A stretch of 39,612 bases of DNA from Campylobacterota bacterium (GTDB lineage: Bacteria; Campylobacterota; Campylobacteria; Campylobacterales; Sulfurovaceae), in NCBI GenBank assembly GCA_034722955.1, contig JAYEOM010000001.1, positions 75,160 through 114,771 on the forward strand, in the 5' to 3' direction. Under the pieces are notes generated by a model. That model was given only the letters and a program-made list of their open reading frames with translations. It searched no databases and was not told the origin of the DNA. Below are positions 9,305 through 19,650 of the stretch, piece after piece; the first letter of the stretch is position 1; every line of letters starts with the position of its first letter. A program made the position numbers and the translations under genes.

Positions 9305-10339
9305 CTACTCTTCCATCTCATCTGCACCCACAGTTAATATATTTCCTACTCCGAGTGCCTCTTTGATTTTGGCTTCAACTTCTGCACGCAACTCCAGATC
9401 CTCTTTGAGTAGAGCCTTTGCATTCTCTTTGCCTTGCCCCAATCTCTTCTCACCATAACTAAACCACGCTCCGGACTTATCAATAATATCAAGCTTGACA
9501 CCATAATCTACAAGTTCACCCTCTTGTGATATACCCTCTCCAAACATAATATCAAACTCAGCCTGCCTAAACGGTGGTGCTACTTTATTTTTGACAACTT
9601 TGGCTTTGACACGGTTTCCTATAGAGGAGTCTCCCTGCTTGAGTGTAGCTATGCGTCTCACATCTATCCGTACAGATGAGTAAAACTTGAGAGCATTTCC
9701 TCCGGTAGTGGTCTCAGGTGAGCCATACCCCATCATACCTATCTTCATACGGATTTGATTTATAAAGATAACAGTTGTATTCATCTTATGCAAAACAGCA
9801 GTCAATTTACGCAGAGCTTGAGACATCAGCCTAGCCTGAAGCCCAACATGTGTATCTCCCATATCTCCCTCTATCTCATTTTTGGGTGTTAGGGCAGCTA
9901 CTGAGTCGATAACCACAAGATCTACAGCTCCACTTCTTGCAAGTGTCTCCAGAACATCGAGTGCCTGCTCACCAAAATCCGGTTGAGAGACAAGAAGATT
10001 GTCTATATCTACCCCTAGATTTTTTGCATAAACTACATCTAGTGCATGCTCTGCATCAATAAAAGCACAAACCATACCTTCTGATTGTGCAGAGGCGATA
10101 GATTGGAGTGCAAGTGTTGTTTTACCTGAAGATTCCGGTCCATATACCTCTATGACTCTTCCCCTCGGTATACCACCAATACCCAATGCCATATCAAGTC
10201 CCAATGAACCTGTACTGATCGCCTCTATGGGTTCAAAGTCTTTATCTCCTAAACGCATCACCGTCCCTTTTCCAAAGGTTTTATCGATCTGCTTGATCGC
10301 CATATCCAGTGCTTTTTGTCTGTTTGCATCCATTGCCAT
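9305..10339 (-). CDS. recA: recombinase A
   Basis: [26 protein letters not shown] and [10 protein letters not shown]. Start set at ATG 10339 (AAAGGA RBS). Extended -10 TGATAGAAT near 10367-10375. Confidence 0.99.
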   Translation of the reverse strand: MAMDANRQKALDMAIKQIDKTFGKGTVMRLGDKDFEPIEAISTGSLGLDMALGIGGIPRGRVIEVYGPESSGKTTLALQSIASAQSEGMVCAFIDAEHALDVVYAKNLGVDIDNLLVSQPDFGEQALDVLETLARSGAVDLVVIDSVAALTPKNEIEGDMGDTHVGLQARLMSQALRKLTAVLHKMNTTVIFINQIRMKIGMMGYGSPETTTGGNALKFYSSVRIDVRRIATLKQGDSSIGNRVKAKVVKNKVAPPFRQAEFDIMFGEGISQEGELVDYGVKLDIIDKSGAWFSYGEKRLGQGKENAKALLKEDLELRAEVEAKIKEALGVGNILTVGADEMEE

Positions 10340-10544
10340 AGTCATCCTTTGATCCTTAATAGTAAAATTCTATCACCATTTTAGTTGCTTTCGGATGAAC
10401 TACTTCAAAACATTTCAAAATGACACATTCTCTATTTTCTTGTTGAGTGCTGGAACTTACTACATTTATAATTGCTGGAGGTTTCGGTTTGCAGTTAAAT
10501 TGTCTTTTTGGTATAATTGTAAAATCAATTATCAGGAAAAGTTA

Positions 10545-11648
10545 ATGACAAGTAGTAGATGTTTTATGTTTCCAAAAATAGTGATATTTTTATTAACTAT
10601 TTCGATGGAGCTTTATGCAACAGTCAAGATTATGCCTATGGGTGACTCTATCACTTATGATAACGGCTATGCTGATGTTAAAAATCCGAGACCTGAGGGA
10701 GAACGAAGTGCATATCGTAATTACCTATGGTATCAACTGAGTGATGCAGGATATGTAGTGGATTTTGTAGGATCACGAAGAGCAGGTCAATCTATAGTGC
10801 CTGCCTTTGACCCCGACAACGAAGGGTATCCAGGCTGGACAAGTTATGATTTGGCAGAGGGGACTTATGCATGGCTCCAGCAGAGTTCCCCAGATGTCAT
10901 ACTGCTGCATGCAGGCAGCATGGATCAGCAGACCAGCCCAGCCGGTATAGAGATGATACTCAATGAAGTTGATACCTATGAAGCCAACAGCGGTCAAAGT
11001 GTAACTGTAATCCTTGCTCTTATTATCAACAGGAGGAGTTATGCAGAGTGGGTCACTGTACTTAACTCCAAAGTCAAAGCGATGGCATCGGCTAGGATCC
11101 AAAATGGTGATAAGATTGTGATCGTAGATATGGAGAATGGTGCAGGGATAGATTACATCAAAGATATGGCAGACCCGGCACACCCTACCGATGAGGGGTA
11201 TGCCAAAATCGCAACAGTCTGGTACAATGCCCTCACCAATCTGCCTATTATGCAGAGAGAGACACAAGAGTTTGTTCTTAGGTTTTATAAATATATTTTA
11301 GAACGAGAAGCAGATGCAGCAGGTCTTGAGTATTGGGCAGAAGAGTTGAGGCACTCTACAGCAACCTCTGTTGCGATCGGTTTTTTCAGAAGTGAAGAGT
11401 ATAAAGCTATGGATCTCAATAGTGAAGAGTTCATCCATATCCTATATCATACGATGTTCGATAGAGAGGCAGAGGCAGCCGGCTTGACATACTGGATGGA
11501 TAAGCTAAACTCTGGGACGCAGAGAGTAGATATAATGGCAAGCTTTTTTAACTCTCAAGAGTTTAAAGATCTTGCAGAGAGCTTTGGTATAGTTGCTATC
11601 AGCGATGCCGATAGAGAGTGGCTCAGAACACATTCGCTTGGTGATTGA
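10545..11648 (+). CDS. secreted SGNH/GDSL hydrolase (CE3-like) with C-terminal DUF4214 domain(s)
   Basis: Signal peptide, GDSIT (block I), EGYPGW (II), HAGSMD (III) and DPAHP (V). C-terminal FV.R.Y..IL.READ.AGL.YW repeats are typical of DUF4214. Start 10545 chosen from TGGTATAAT (10509-10517) and an AGGA RBS; 10566 is possible. Confidence 0.85.
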   Translation: MTSSRCFMFPKIVIFLLTISMELYATVKIMPMGDSITYDNGYADVKNPRPEGERSAYRNYLWYQLSDAGYVVDFVGSRRAGQSIVPAFDPDNEGYPGWTSYDLAEGTYAWLQQSSPDVILLHAGSMDQQTSPAGIEMILNEVDTYEANSGQSVTVILALIINRRSYAEWVTVLNSKVKAMASARIQNGDKIVIVDMENGAGIDYIKDMADPAHPTDEGYAKIATVWYNALTNLPIMQRETQEFVLRFYKYILEREADAAGLEYWAEELRHSTATSVAIGFFRSEEYKAMDLNSEEFIHILYHTMFDREAEAAGLTYWMDKLNSGTQRVDIMASFFNSQEFKDLAESFGIVAISDADREWLRTHSLGD

Positions 11649-11685
11649 TTTCTATTGCATATTTCGGGTTTAAGGATCTATATTT

Positions 11686-12237
11686 ATGAAAAAAACAGTA
11701 CTATATTTTACTCTCCTCCTGAGTGTGACTCTCCAAGCTGACTGGGCATACACCAAAGGAGTTAAGTCATATAGTGCCAAACAGTATACTGAAGCACTGA
11801 GATATTTTTATATCTCTGCTAGGAGTCGTAATATTAATGCTTACGCAAAACTGGGATTTATGCATGAGTATGGTATCGGTACGGCTACAAACTCTCAAAT
11901 AGCTTTTTATTGGTATGAGAAATCTGCACAGAACAATCATGCAGAAGCACAATATCGTCTTGGACATCTCTATGAGACAGGGATAGGGGTAAAAAGAGAT
12001 AGAGATAGAGCGAGCATCTGGTATCAGCGTGCAGCAAATAGCGGCAACAGAGATGCTAAAGCTAGATTGGCAGGAGAGAGTATAAAAGCAGGATCTCCTA
12101 TGTCAAAAACAGATGAAGAGTATAGAGACAAGTTGATGCTCTTCAAGTCCAAAAAAGAGCAAAATGTAACTACAGATCAAAGCAGAACTATAGAACAAAA
12201 TAGAACTTTTATGAATAAACTAAAGTTTTGGAGATGA
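11686..12237 (+). CDS. secreted Sel1-like repeat protein
   Basis: Signal peptide plus Sel1 units AYAKLGFMHEYGIGT..WYEKSA and AQYRLGHLYETGIGV..WYQRAA. Confidence 0.9.
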   Translation: MKKTVLYFTLLLSVTLQADWAYTKGVKSYSAKQYTEALRYFYISARSRNINAYAKLGFMHEYGIGTATNSQIAFYWYEKSAQNNHAEAQYRLGHLYETGIGVKRDRDRASIWYQRAANSGNRDAKARLAGESIKAGSPMSKTDEEYRDKLMLFKSKKEQNVTTDQSRTIEQNRTFMNKLKFWR

Positions 12238-12322
12238 TAGGCTACTCCAATATTTACCTCAATTATACCAACCGAAAGTAAATTTTGACTACAATATTTC
12301 CAACAATTCAAGAGGAGTCTCT

Positions 12323-14065
12323 GTGTCATTAGCTTTAGCAAGAAAGTATCGTCCTAGTACCTTTGATGATCTGATCGGACAAGAGACTGTTTCTCAAACA
12401 CTCAGTCAAGCACTCGATAGTGATAGACTCTCCCATGCCTACCTCTTCTCTGGACTTCGTGGCAGCGGAAAGACTTCAACAGCAAGGATCTTTGCCAAAG
12501 CACTACTCTGCGAAAAAGGAGAGAGCTCTCACCCATGTAACCAATGTACGCACTGTATTATGGCAAATGAAAATAGGCATATGGATATCATTGAGATGGA
12601 TGCAGCTAGTAACCGTGGGATTGATGATATCAAAGATCTGATAGAGCATACAAAATACAAACCAAGCTCAGCACGCTACAAAATCTTCATCATAGATGAG
12701 GTTCACATGCTTACACCACAAGCATTTAATGCTCTGCTTAAAACTCTCGAAGAGCCACCGCCTTTTATCAAATTTATCTTGGCTACAACTGATCCACTGA
12801 AGCTGCCTACAACTATTTTGTCCCGTACTCAGCACTTTAGATTTAAAAAAATACCAGCAAAATTAGTACTTCAACATTTAGAACATATCCTCAATAAAGA
12901 GGGTGTCGAGTATGAGAGGGATGCACTAGAGATTATCGCACGAAGCGGAGCTGGAAGCTTAAGAGATTCACTGACTCTCTTAGATCAGGCGATAGTCTAC
13001 TCTAAAAATTATGTAGATGTTGTGACAGTTACCGGCATGCTAGGGATCATCGAACCCAATCTTTTGGATAGTCTCATAGAGAGTATTATGGCTAAGAGCA
13101 GAGATGAGATACTATCTTTTATCAAACTTGCCGGAGACTATGAGACAGAGATGATCATAGATGAGTTGACTCTTTTTCTAAAAGAGCTGTTCCTCTCTGA
13201 AAACCCTAAAGTTCCTCCTATGATAATAGACCGCTTTTTTCGTATTCTTGCAGATGCTAAACCACTCTTAAATCTAGGAGCTGATGGAGAGTTCATACTC
13301 TCTCTGACACTTTTCAAGATGATGGAAGCACTAGAGATCAAAGATATCGATATGATGATCAAAACTCTTGAAAAAGAGCTCAAAGGCGTTAATGTACCAG
13401 AGAGTGTTAACCCTTCGCCTCCTACCACGGCAGAGAGTGAGAGAGTTGTCATCATCAATGAAGAGGATATAGAGGTTCCCTCTCTAACCAAAAAAGAGTC
13501 CCCTAAAGATAGAGAGATAGAAGCTACATCACCACCGACAGCAGACGATGGAGAGCCGGCAACCCAAGATCTTCATCTCCATCAAAAGAGATTTGATGCA
13601 CTTATCAAAAAAATCTATGACAGGGATTATGATTTGGGAGAGTGTTTTGAGAAAAATATTCATTTTGAATCTTTTGAAGATGGTGCATTGTCTTGGGGAT
13701 CGATGGCAGACGATGATGAGAAGAAGTTGCTAGTTACTCACTGGGCTATGATCAAAATGTTTGTTCAAGATCTTTTTGGAATAGAGACAAAAATCATCAA
13801 TATCCCCAAAGCATCACCCAAGACCGAGCCAATTAAAAAAAAAGATGATATCCCAAAAGAGGTAGAGACTCAAAAATCTTGTGAGAGTGAGATCGGATCT
13901 ATGATCGAAGAGATCGAGATGAAGAGTAGCTGCATTATGCCAGAAGCACAAGGTGTAGAGTCAGCCAAAGAGAGGGAGCCTTCCCATATCCTTGAGGAGC
14001 CAATGATAGAGGAGATACTCAAGCTTTTTGACCCTCTTAAGGTAACAGTCAAAAGAAAGGTTTAG
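12323..14065 (+). CDS. dnaX: DNA polymerase III subunit gamma/tau
   Basis: LARKYRP, GLRGSGKTS, zinc Cys cluster, EMDAASNRG, IIDEVHML and ILSRTQ. GTG start with a GAGGAG RBS. Confidence 0.98.
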   Translation: MSLALARKYRPSTFDDLIGQETVSQTLSQALDSDRLSHAYLFSGLRGSGKTSTARIFAKALLCEKGESSHPCNQCTHCIMANENRHMDIIEMDAASNRGIDDIKDLIEHTKYKPSSARYKIFIIDEVHMLTPQAFNALLKTLEEPPPFIKFILATTDPLKLPTTILSRTQHFRFKKIPAKLVLQHLEHILNKEGVEYERDALEIIARSGAGSLRDSLTLLDQAIVYSKNYVDVVTVTGMLGIIEPNLLDSLIESIMAKSRDEILSFIKLAGDYETEMIIDELTLFLKELFLSENPKVPPMIIDRFFRILADAKPLLNLGADGEFILSLTLFKMMEALEIKDIDMMIKTLEKELKGVNVPESVNPSPPTTAESERVVIINEEDIEVPSLTKKESPKDREIEATSPPTADDGEPATQDLHLHQKRFDALIKKIYDRDYDLGECFEKNIHFESFEDGALSWGSMADDDEKKLLVTHWAMIKMFVQDLFGIETKIINIPKASPKTEPIKKKDDIPKEVETQKSCESEIGSMIEEIEMKSSCIMPEAQGVESAKEREPSHILEEPMIEEILKLFDPLKVTVKRKV

Positions 14066-14088
14066 CAATTCAATTGCATAATTCGGGC

Positions 14089-14904
14089 TTAACTAGTCTC
14101 TACCAGCGCTTTGGCAATATATTTTTTCCTATTATCTAGCATTCTGATCTTCTCGGCAGATATACATTGACCAGAATTATCTAGTTCAAAAACGACCATT
14201 TGCAAAATAGATTGACAGTTGTCAGGTACATTAAAGTGGCCACCGACTCCTGTCATAAAACGCTTGATAGGAGTATCGCTCTCTACTCCTATGACATTGT
14301 CGCGACAGCCGGTCAATCCCACATCAGTCACATAGCAACAGCCTGATCGTATCTGTAGATCGTCTGTTCCTACATGAGTATGTGTTCCTAAAATAGCACT
14401 CACACGATCTTTTAGTAGATAAAATAGGGCTTGTTTTTCACTGCTGACTTCAGCGTGCATGTCGATCACTATATGGTCGATACCCTCTGCTTCTAACTCC
14501 TCTATCGTCTCAATGATTTTTGTGAAAGGGTTATCTGTCATCGGCATAGTGTAGTGACCCATCAGGTTGATAATAGCCAAGTTGTTTCCCATAAGAGTAG
14601 TTTGATATAGACCTCTGCCGGGTGTATGCTGAGGGTAGTTGATGGGACGGATAAGAGGATAGGTTTCAAAAAGATTTAAAATCTCTTTTTTATCAAAGCT
14701 GTGGTTGCCACCACTCATCATATCTATGCCGTAGCCTAGTAACTCTTTGCAGTTTTTCTCTGTCAACCCAAAGCCATGACTGGCATTTTCATAATTGGCT
14801 ATGACAAAATCAATACAATGTTCCTGCTTCAACCCGACCAAATGTTTTCCGATCATCAGGCGACCGGGCTTCCCGACGATATCCCCTATAAATCCGATCT
14901 TCAC
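14089..14904 (-). CDS. YmdB-like metallophosphoesterase (TIGR00282 family)
   Basis: FIGDIVGKPG, NYENASHGFG, GGNHSFD, DMHAEVSSEK, GTHTHV and TDVGLTG. Confidence 0.93.
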   Translation of the reverse strand: MKIGFIGDIVGKPGRLMIGKHLVGLKQEHCIDFVIANYENASHGFGLTEKNCKELLGYGIDMMSGGNHSFDKKEILNLFETYPLIRPINYPQHTPGRGLYQTTLMGNNLAIINLMGHYTMPMTDNPFTKIIETIEELEAEGIDHIVIDMHAEVSSEKQALFYLLKDRVSAILGTHTHVGTDDLQIRSGCCYVTDVGLTGCRDNVIGVESDTPIKRFMTGVGGHFNVPDNCQSILQMVVFELDNSGQCISAEKIRMLDNRKKYIAKALVETS

Positions 14905-14908
14905 GCTA

Positions 14909-15931
14909 TCAGTTTTCTACTGTTTTGCCTGAAAAAGGCAGAAGTGCACTAGCCCAAGTCAATCCACCGCCAAAAGTATCCAGCAGCATAAGCTCACCAC
15001 TTTTCAATCTTCCCGATTCATATATATCGTTGATCGCCATAGGGATAGAGGCTGCGGATGTGTTTCCATATTTTTCCACAGTGACAACTACCTGTTCGGA
15101 AGTCATCTTGAGTGCGTCTCCTACAGCTTTAATGATACGGTAGTTTGCTTGATGTGGTATAAAATGGGGTATATCTTTGGCAGAGATACTGTTTTTTTTC
15201 AATATCTCTACGACATCTTTGGTTAAGGTTTTAACTGCTAGCTTGAAAGTTTCATTGCCTCTCATCTGAACAAAATTGAGTCCCTCATCAATCACAGTCT
15301 GACTGACAGGATGGATAGTACCAGGTGCAGGAGTGACTAGAAAATCTGAATATGAGCCATCAGCAGAGGCATGAATATCTACAATACCCTCTTCTCTGTT
15401 GTTGGCAGCAGAGATGATAGCTGCTCCGGCACCATCTCCAAAGAGGATACAAGTCCCTCTATCGGTATAATCCACAATAGAGGAGAACTTCTCTGCACCA
15501 ACAATCAATATGTTTTTTTTCATTCCTGACTCTATAAAGGCTTTTGCAAGAGATAGAAGATAGACAAATCCGCTGCAAGCAGCTGAAATATCAAAAGCTT
15601 GCACATCTCTAATACCCAGTTTATCTGATATAACACAGGCTGTTGATGGCATATTGAAGTAGTCAGGTGTCACAGTTGCACATATGACAAGGTCGATATC
15701 CTCTATATCTATATCTGCTCTCTTGATCGCTTTTAGTGAAGCTTTTGTACCCATGTCGCTGGTATACTCATCCCTAGCAGCGATGCGTCGCTCCTTGATA
15801 CCTGTCCTCTTGGTGATCCACTCATCACTGGTATCGACCATTGTCTCCAAATCACTGTTGCTTAAAATTTTTTCTGGAACATAAGCCCCTATCGAACGAA
15901 AGGAGGCGTAGATTGGTGTAGATGATGACAT
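14909..15931 (-). CDS. fabH: 3-oxoacyl-ACP synthase III
   Basis: AACSGF, HQANYRI, YGNTSAAS and GGGLTW. Start set at ATG 15931 (AGGA RBS). Extended -10 TGGTAGAAT near 15958-15966. Confidence 0.97.
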   Translation of the reverse strand: MSSSTPIYASFRSIGAYVPEKILSNSDLETMVDTSDEWITKRTGIKERRIAARDEYTSDMGTKASLKAIKRADIDIEDIDLVICATVTPDYFNMPSTACVISDKLGIRDVQAFDISAACSGFVYLLSLAKAFIESGMKKNILIVGAEKFSSIVDYTDRGTCILFGDGAGAAIISAANNREEGIVDIHASADGSYSDFLVTPAPGTIHPVSQTVIDEGLNFVQMRGNETFKLAVKTLTKDVVEILKKNSISAKDIPHFIPHQANYRIIKAVGDALKMTSEQVVVTVEKYGNTSAASIPMAINDIYESGRLKSGELMLLDTFGGGLTWASALLPFSGKTVEN

Positions 15932-16029
15932 AGATATCCTTGGGTAAATATTCTGATATTCTACCATAATATCTTGAGAGTTATTGCAAAAAAGTGAGGA
16001 GAAAGCAGAAGGGAGGAGAATGCGTAACG

Positions 16030-17043
16030 CTATGCCCCTTTATTCTCTGTCAATAGTACTTCGATTGTCGCATTTACATCCGATTGAGTGTAGCTTATAG
16101 CTTGGAATATGGCATTTTTGATCGCTTTAGCACTACTGCTACCATGACTGACGATAGCACATCCATCTACACCTAACAGAGGAGCACCGCCATACTCTTC
16201 ATAATCAACCTCTTTTTTAAGGCTTGCAAAAACTTTTTTCTTCATGAGCAGTGCACCAAACTTGGCAGGTAGTGACTTTCTTATGTGCTGCTTCATCATA
16301 CTAAAAATCGTACTCACTACCCCTTCACTGGCTTTGAGGAGAATATTACCGGTAAATCCATCACATACAACGACATTGACGGAGCCATTGAATATATCTC
16401 TTCCCTCGACATTGCCTACAAAGCCATCTAGATTTTCAAGCAGCCTAAAGGCCTCTTTGGTAAGTTCATTTCCTTTACTCGGCTCTGAACCATTGGCAAG
16501 TAGACCAACTTGAGGTCTCTCTACACCCATGATCTTCTGCACATACGCTTCACCCATAGCTCCAAATTCAAATAGATTTTGTGCTTTACAGTCTACTACG
16601 GCACCAACATCAAGAACAAGTGTTTTATCTGTACCTAAATTTGGCATGAGTGTTGCTAGAGCTGGTTTTGATATATGAGGCAGTCTGCCAATCCGAAGTG
16701 TTGCTAGTGTCATAGTGGCACCGCTATGTCCTGCAGATACAATAGCATCGGCTTTTTTATTGCGTACCAATTCAACTGCTTTATAGATGGATGACTCTCT
16801 CCTGCGAAGAGCGTTTGTCGCCTGGTCACTCATGGAGATGACATCTGAAGCTTCAACTATCTCTACTTTGCTAACAAAATTTAGGGGAAGCAGAGAGAGG
16901 ATCTCCTCTTTATCACCTACAAGTATAGGTAAAAAACTCTTATCTTTGAGTGCTTGTATTGTACCCTCTATGATAGGCTCAGGACCAAAATCCCCACCCA
17001 TCGCATCGATAGCAATCTTAATAGTCGGATTTTTGTCTTGCAT
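16030..17043 (-). CDS. plsX: phosphate acyltransferase PlsX
   Basis: [31 protein letters not shown] and GGAPLLGV. In rpmF-plsX-fabH order. Confidence 0.97.
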   Translation of the reverse strand: MQDKNPTIKIAIDAMGGDFGPEPIIEGTIQALKDKSFLPILVGDKEEILSLLPLNFVSKVEIVEASDVISMSDQATNALRRRESSIYKAVELVRNKKADAIVSAGHSGATMTLATLRIGRLPHISKPALATLMPNLGTDKTLVLDVGAVVDCKAQNLFEFGAMGEAYVQKIMGVERPQVGLLANGSEPSKGNELTKEAFRLLENLDGFVGNVEGRDIFNGSVNVVVCDGFTGNILLKASEGVVSTIFSMMKQHIRKSLPAKFGALLMKKKVFASLKKEVDYEEYGGAPLLGVDGCAIVSHGSSSAKAIKNAIFQAISYTQSDVNATIEVLLTENKGA

Positions 17044-17195
17044 TAAGACTTATATTCGCCTGTAGTCATATTCATATGATGTGGCATTCTCCAAGTCCCA
17101 TCAGCATCTTTGACTGGTCTTGGAAGTGTTAATTTGTAGTGAGTTCTTCTTTTTGCTGCTCTTGTCTTACTGACGCGTCTCTTTGGTACTGCCAT
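17043..17195 (-). CDS. rpmF: 50S ribosomal protein L32 (not in the ORF track, 50 aa)
   Basis: Manual translation [58 protein letters not shown]. Stop overlaps the plsX start (TAATG). Confidence 0.97.
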   Translation of the reverse strand: MAVPKRRVSKTRAAKRRTHYKLTLPRPVKDADGTWRMPHHMNMTTGEYKS

Positions 17196-17212
17196 GTTGT
17201 ATCCTTTTTATT

Positions 17213-17587
17213 TTAAAATTCCATTTCAAATGCTTCTTCACCATTGTCACACTGGTCACAATAGTGATATTCACTTTTGAGAGAGTTGATCTCGCTCCTT
17301 ATGATAAATGAGATATCAATCTCACCATCTAAAAACTCAATTATATCCAAATCATCTTTATCTTCTACTATTTGATCACTGATAGTTAACTTCAGTGGCG
17401 AAGGAAGCAGGGCGGATAGAGAGGCAGAACAGCGACTACACTGAACCTCCACTGACCCATCCATATCACCTGTTAGAGTGATTCGATGATAACCGCTTTT
17501 TTGTAAAATACCATCAAACACAATGCCATCTAGCTCTTTGTGAAATGGTTTTCCACTCTGTCCAATCTTATCAAATAATATCTTCAC
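17213..17587 (-). CDS. YceD/DUF177-like protein
   Basis: CSRC and CDQC pairs; position immediately upstream of rpmF. Confidence 0.8.
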   Translation of the reverse strand: MKILFDKIGQSGKPFHKELDGIVFDGILQKSGYHRITLTGDMDGSVEVQCSRCSASLSALLPSPLKLTISDQIVEDKDDLDIIEFLDGEIDISFIIRSEINSLKSEYHYCDQCDNGEEAFEMEF

Positions 17588-17598
17588 GAAGTGAAAAC

Positions 17599-18012
17599 CT
17601 AGCTAATATCTCTCTGTGCAAAGAAAAACCCGATCTCAATCGCTGCATTCTCAACAGAATCACTTCCGTGTACAGCGTTTGCATCTATACTATCTGCAAA
17701 ATCAGCTCTGATTGTTCCAGCTTCTGCCTCTTTTGGGTTGGTTGCACCCATCAATTCTCTATTTTTCTCCATAGCATCTTCACCCTCTAGTACTGTCACA
17801 ACAACAGGGCCAGAGATCATGAACTCAACAAGTTCTCCAAAAAATGGTCGCTCGGCATGAACAGCATAAAATGCTTCTGCATCTGCTTGACTCAATTGGA
17901 TCTTTTTAGTAGCTGCAACTCTAAGACCGGCATCTTCAAATCTTGAGAGGATTTTTCCTATAACATTTTTTGCTACGGCATCTGGTTTTATGATTGATAG
18001 TGTCTGTTCCAT
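17599..18012 (-). CDS. ndk: nucleoside diphosphate kinase
   Basis: [17 protein letters not shown] and NAVHGSDS. Confidence 0.98.
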   Translation of the reverse strand: MEQTLSIIKPDAVAKNVIGKILSRFEDAGLRVAATKKIQLSQADAEAFYAVHAERPFFGELVEFMISGPVVVTVLEGEDAMEKNRELMGATNPKEAEAGTIRADFADSIDANAVHGSDSVENAAIEIGFFFAQRDIS

Positions 18013-18110
18013 ATCTGTTTCCTACGGGTATTAAGTTTACTTTTGAAGTATTTGGGCGGAATTTTAGCTGAAAAGAGATTAAGATTTTATTAAAGTGGGG
18101 GAAGTTGAGG

Positions 18111-18137
18111 TGTTTGTTGGGCATAGCCCAACAAACA
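18111..18137 (-). terminator. perfect 12-bp stem-loop after the ferredoxin stop
   Basis: TGTTTGTTGGGC-ATA-GCCCAACAAACA, 7 nt past the stop codon. The U-tract is weak, so it could instead be an mRNA-stabilising hairpin. Confidence 0.6.
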
Positions 18138-18144
18138 GTAATCA

Positions 18145-18420
18145 TTAGTCTTCGATGACTGCACTGCCTTTTTCGCCTCTATTTTCAGCGACAGGCATAC
18201 CTTCGGTAGGATCATCCCACACGATACACTCTTCTGTAGGACACGCTTCAGCACAAGCTGGAACATCATGGTAGCTTACACACTCTACACACTTATCTGC
18301 ATATACATAATAGATCTCTTCACCCGTCGGGTTATCATCCTCATCTACAATCGCTTCTACTGGACATTCGTCAATACATGCCGCACAGTTAATACAAGTA
18401 TCTGTAATAATTACTGCCAT
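18145..18420 (-). CDS. fdxA: 2[4Fe-4S] ferredoxin (FdxA/YfhL-like)
   Basis: CINCAACIDECP and CVECVSYHDVPACAEACP. Upstream of ndk, as in Campylobacter. Confidence 0.88.
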   Translation of the reverse strand: MAVIITDTCINCAACIDECPVEAIVDEDDNPTGEEIYYVYADKCVECVSYHDVPACAEACPTEECIVWDDPTEGMPVAENRGEKGSAVIED

Positions 18421-18492
18421 TTTTTCTCCTTAAAATCAATGTTCATAAAACTATAGCCAAACTTATTTGAAGTACTCTTTAAAAAGCTTCGA

Positions 18493-19650
18493 TTATAACC
18501 CTAGGAAGGATTGAATCTCCTCTACGCGATCCAGTTTTTCCCAGTTAAAGCCATCTTCTTCTCTCCCAAAATGTCCATAAGAGGCTGTTTTTCGATAAAT
18601 TGGTTTGAGTAGATCCAGAGAGTCAATGATCCCCTTGGGAGTCAAATCAAATAGTGACTCTACGCAAGAGACAATTTTTGACTCCTTGATAGTTGATGTA
18701 CCATGCGTATTGACATATATAGATACAGGTTCAACTACGCCGATCGCATAAGCGAGTTGGATAGTGACACGGTCACAGACTCCGGCAGCTACTAAGTTTT
18801 TGGCTACATGTCTTGATGCGTAGGCAGCACTTCTATCTACCTTGGTCGGATCTTTGCCGGAGAAAGCACCACCCCCATGAGGACAAGAGCCTCCATAAGT
18901 ATCGACGATGATCTTTCGACCTGTAAGCCCTGCATCTCCCTGCGGACCGCCTATGACAAAGCGACCTGTGGGGTTGATGTGATAGATAATATCATCATGG
19001 ATTAGTTCTGCCGGGACTACAGCTTTGACAACTTCGTTTAGTACTGCCTCTTGTACCTTTTCGAGTGTGACATCAGGATGATGCTGTGTTGAGACAACTA
19101 TAGTATCGATAGATACAGGTTTATCATCAACATACTTGACACTGACTTGTGCTTTTCCATCAGGTCTCAGGAAAGGTACAGTGCCATTTTTTCTCACATC
19201 TGCCAATTTTGCTGTAATCTTGTGTGCCAGAGAGATAGGTAGAGGCATCAACTCTTTAGTCTCTCTGCAGGCATATCCAAACATCAATCCTTGATCACCT
19301 GCACCAATATCTCCACTGCTTTGATCGACCCCTTGGTTGATATCGGGACTCTGCTCTCCGACACCATTAAGCACACCAGCACTTCGGTAGTCAAAACCAT
19401 AAGATGCATCGGTATACCCAATCTCTCGTATTACTTCTCTAGCGATCTCTTGCATAGGGGCATATGTATGTGTCTTTAGTTCACCTGCTATGACACAAAA
19501 ACCATTACTGAGCATCGTCTCACATGCTACTCTCGCATTGTTGTCATTGGTGATGATGTAGTCAAGTATAGCATCAGATATTTGATCTGCCATCTTATCA
19601 GGATGTCCCTCTGTTACCGATTCACTTGTAAAAATATACTCTTTACTCAT
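18493..19650 (-). CDS. metK: S-adenosylmethionine synthetase
   Basis: [19 protein letters not shown] and [16 protein letters not shown]. Confidence 0.99.
   Translation of the reverse strand: MSKEYIFTSESVTEGHPDKMADQISDAILDYIITNDNNARVACETMLSNGFCVIAGELKTHTYAPMQEIAREVIREIGYTDASYGFDYRSAGVLNGVGEQSPDINQGVDQSSGDIGAGDQGLMFGYACRETKELMPLPISLAHKITAKLADVRKNGTVPFLRPDGKAQVSVKYVDDKPVSIDTIVVSTQHHPDVTLEKVQEAVLNEVVKAVVPAELIHDDIIYHINPTGRFVIGGPQGDAGLTGRKIIVDTYGGSCPHGGGAFSGKDPTKVDRSAAYASRHVAKNLVAAGVCDRVTIQLAYAIGVVEPVSIYVNTHGTSTIKESKIVSCVESLFDLTPKGIIDSLDLLKPIYRKTASYGHFGREEDGFNWEKLDRVEEIQSFLGL

Noticed and set aside
10395..10544. N-terminal extension of the SGNH ORF given by the ORF track
   Set aside because: The stretch contains the likely promoter (TGGTATAAT) and RBS, and the signal peptide begins at 10545 or 10566.
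13490..13496. AAAAAAG heptamer in dnaX resembling the E. coli frameshift site
   Set aside because: It is phased AAA-AAA-G rather than A-AAA-AAG and I see no clear downstream hairpin. Weaker than the A9 site.
15985..16025. Purine-rich tract with GAGGAGAA twice between plsX and fabH
   Set aside because: Too short, with no stable hairpin or associated ORF. No function can be supported.
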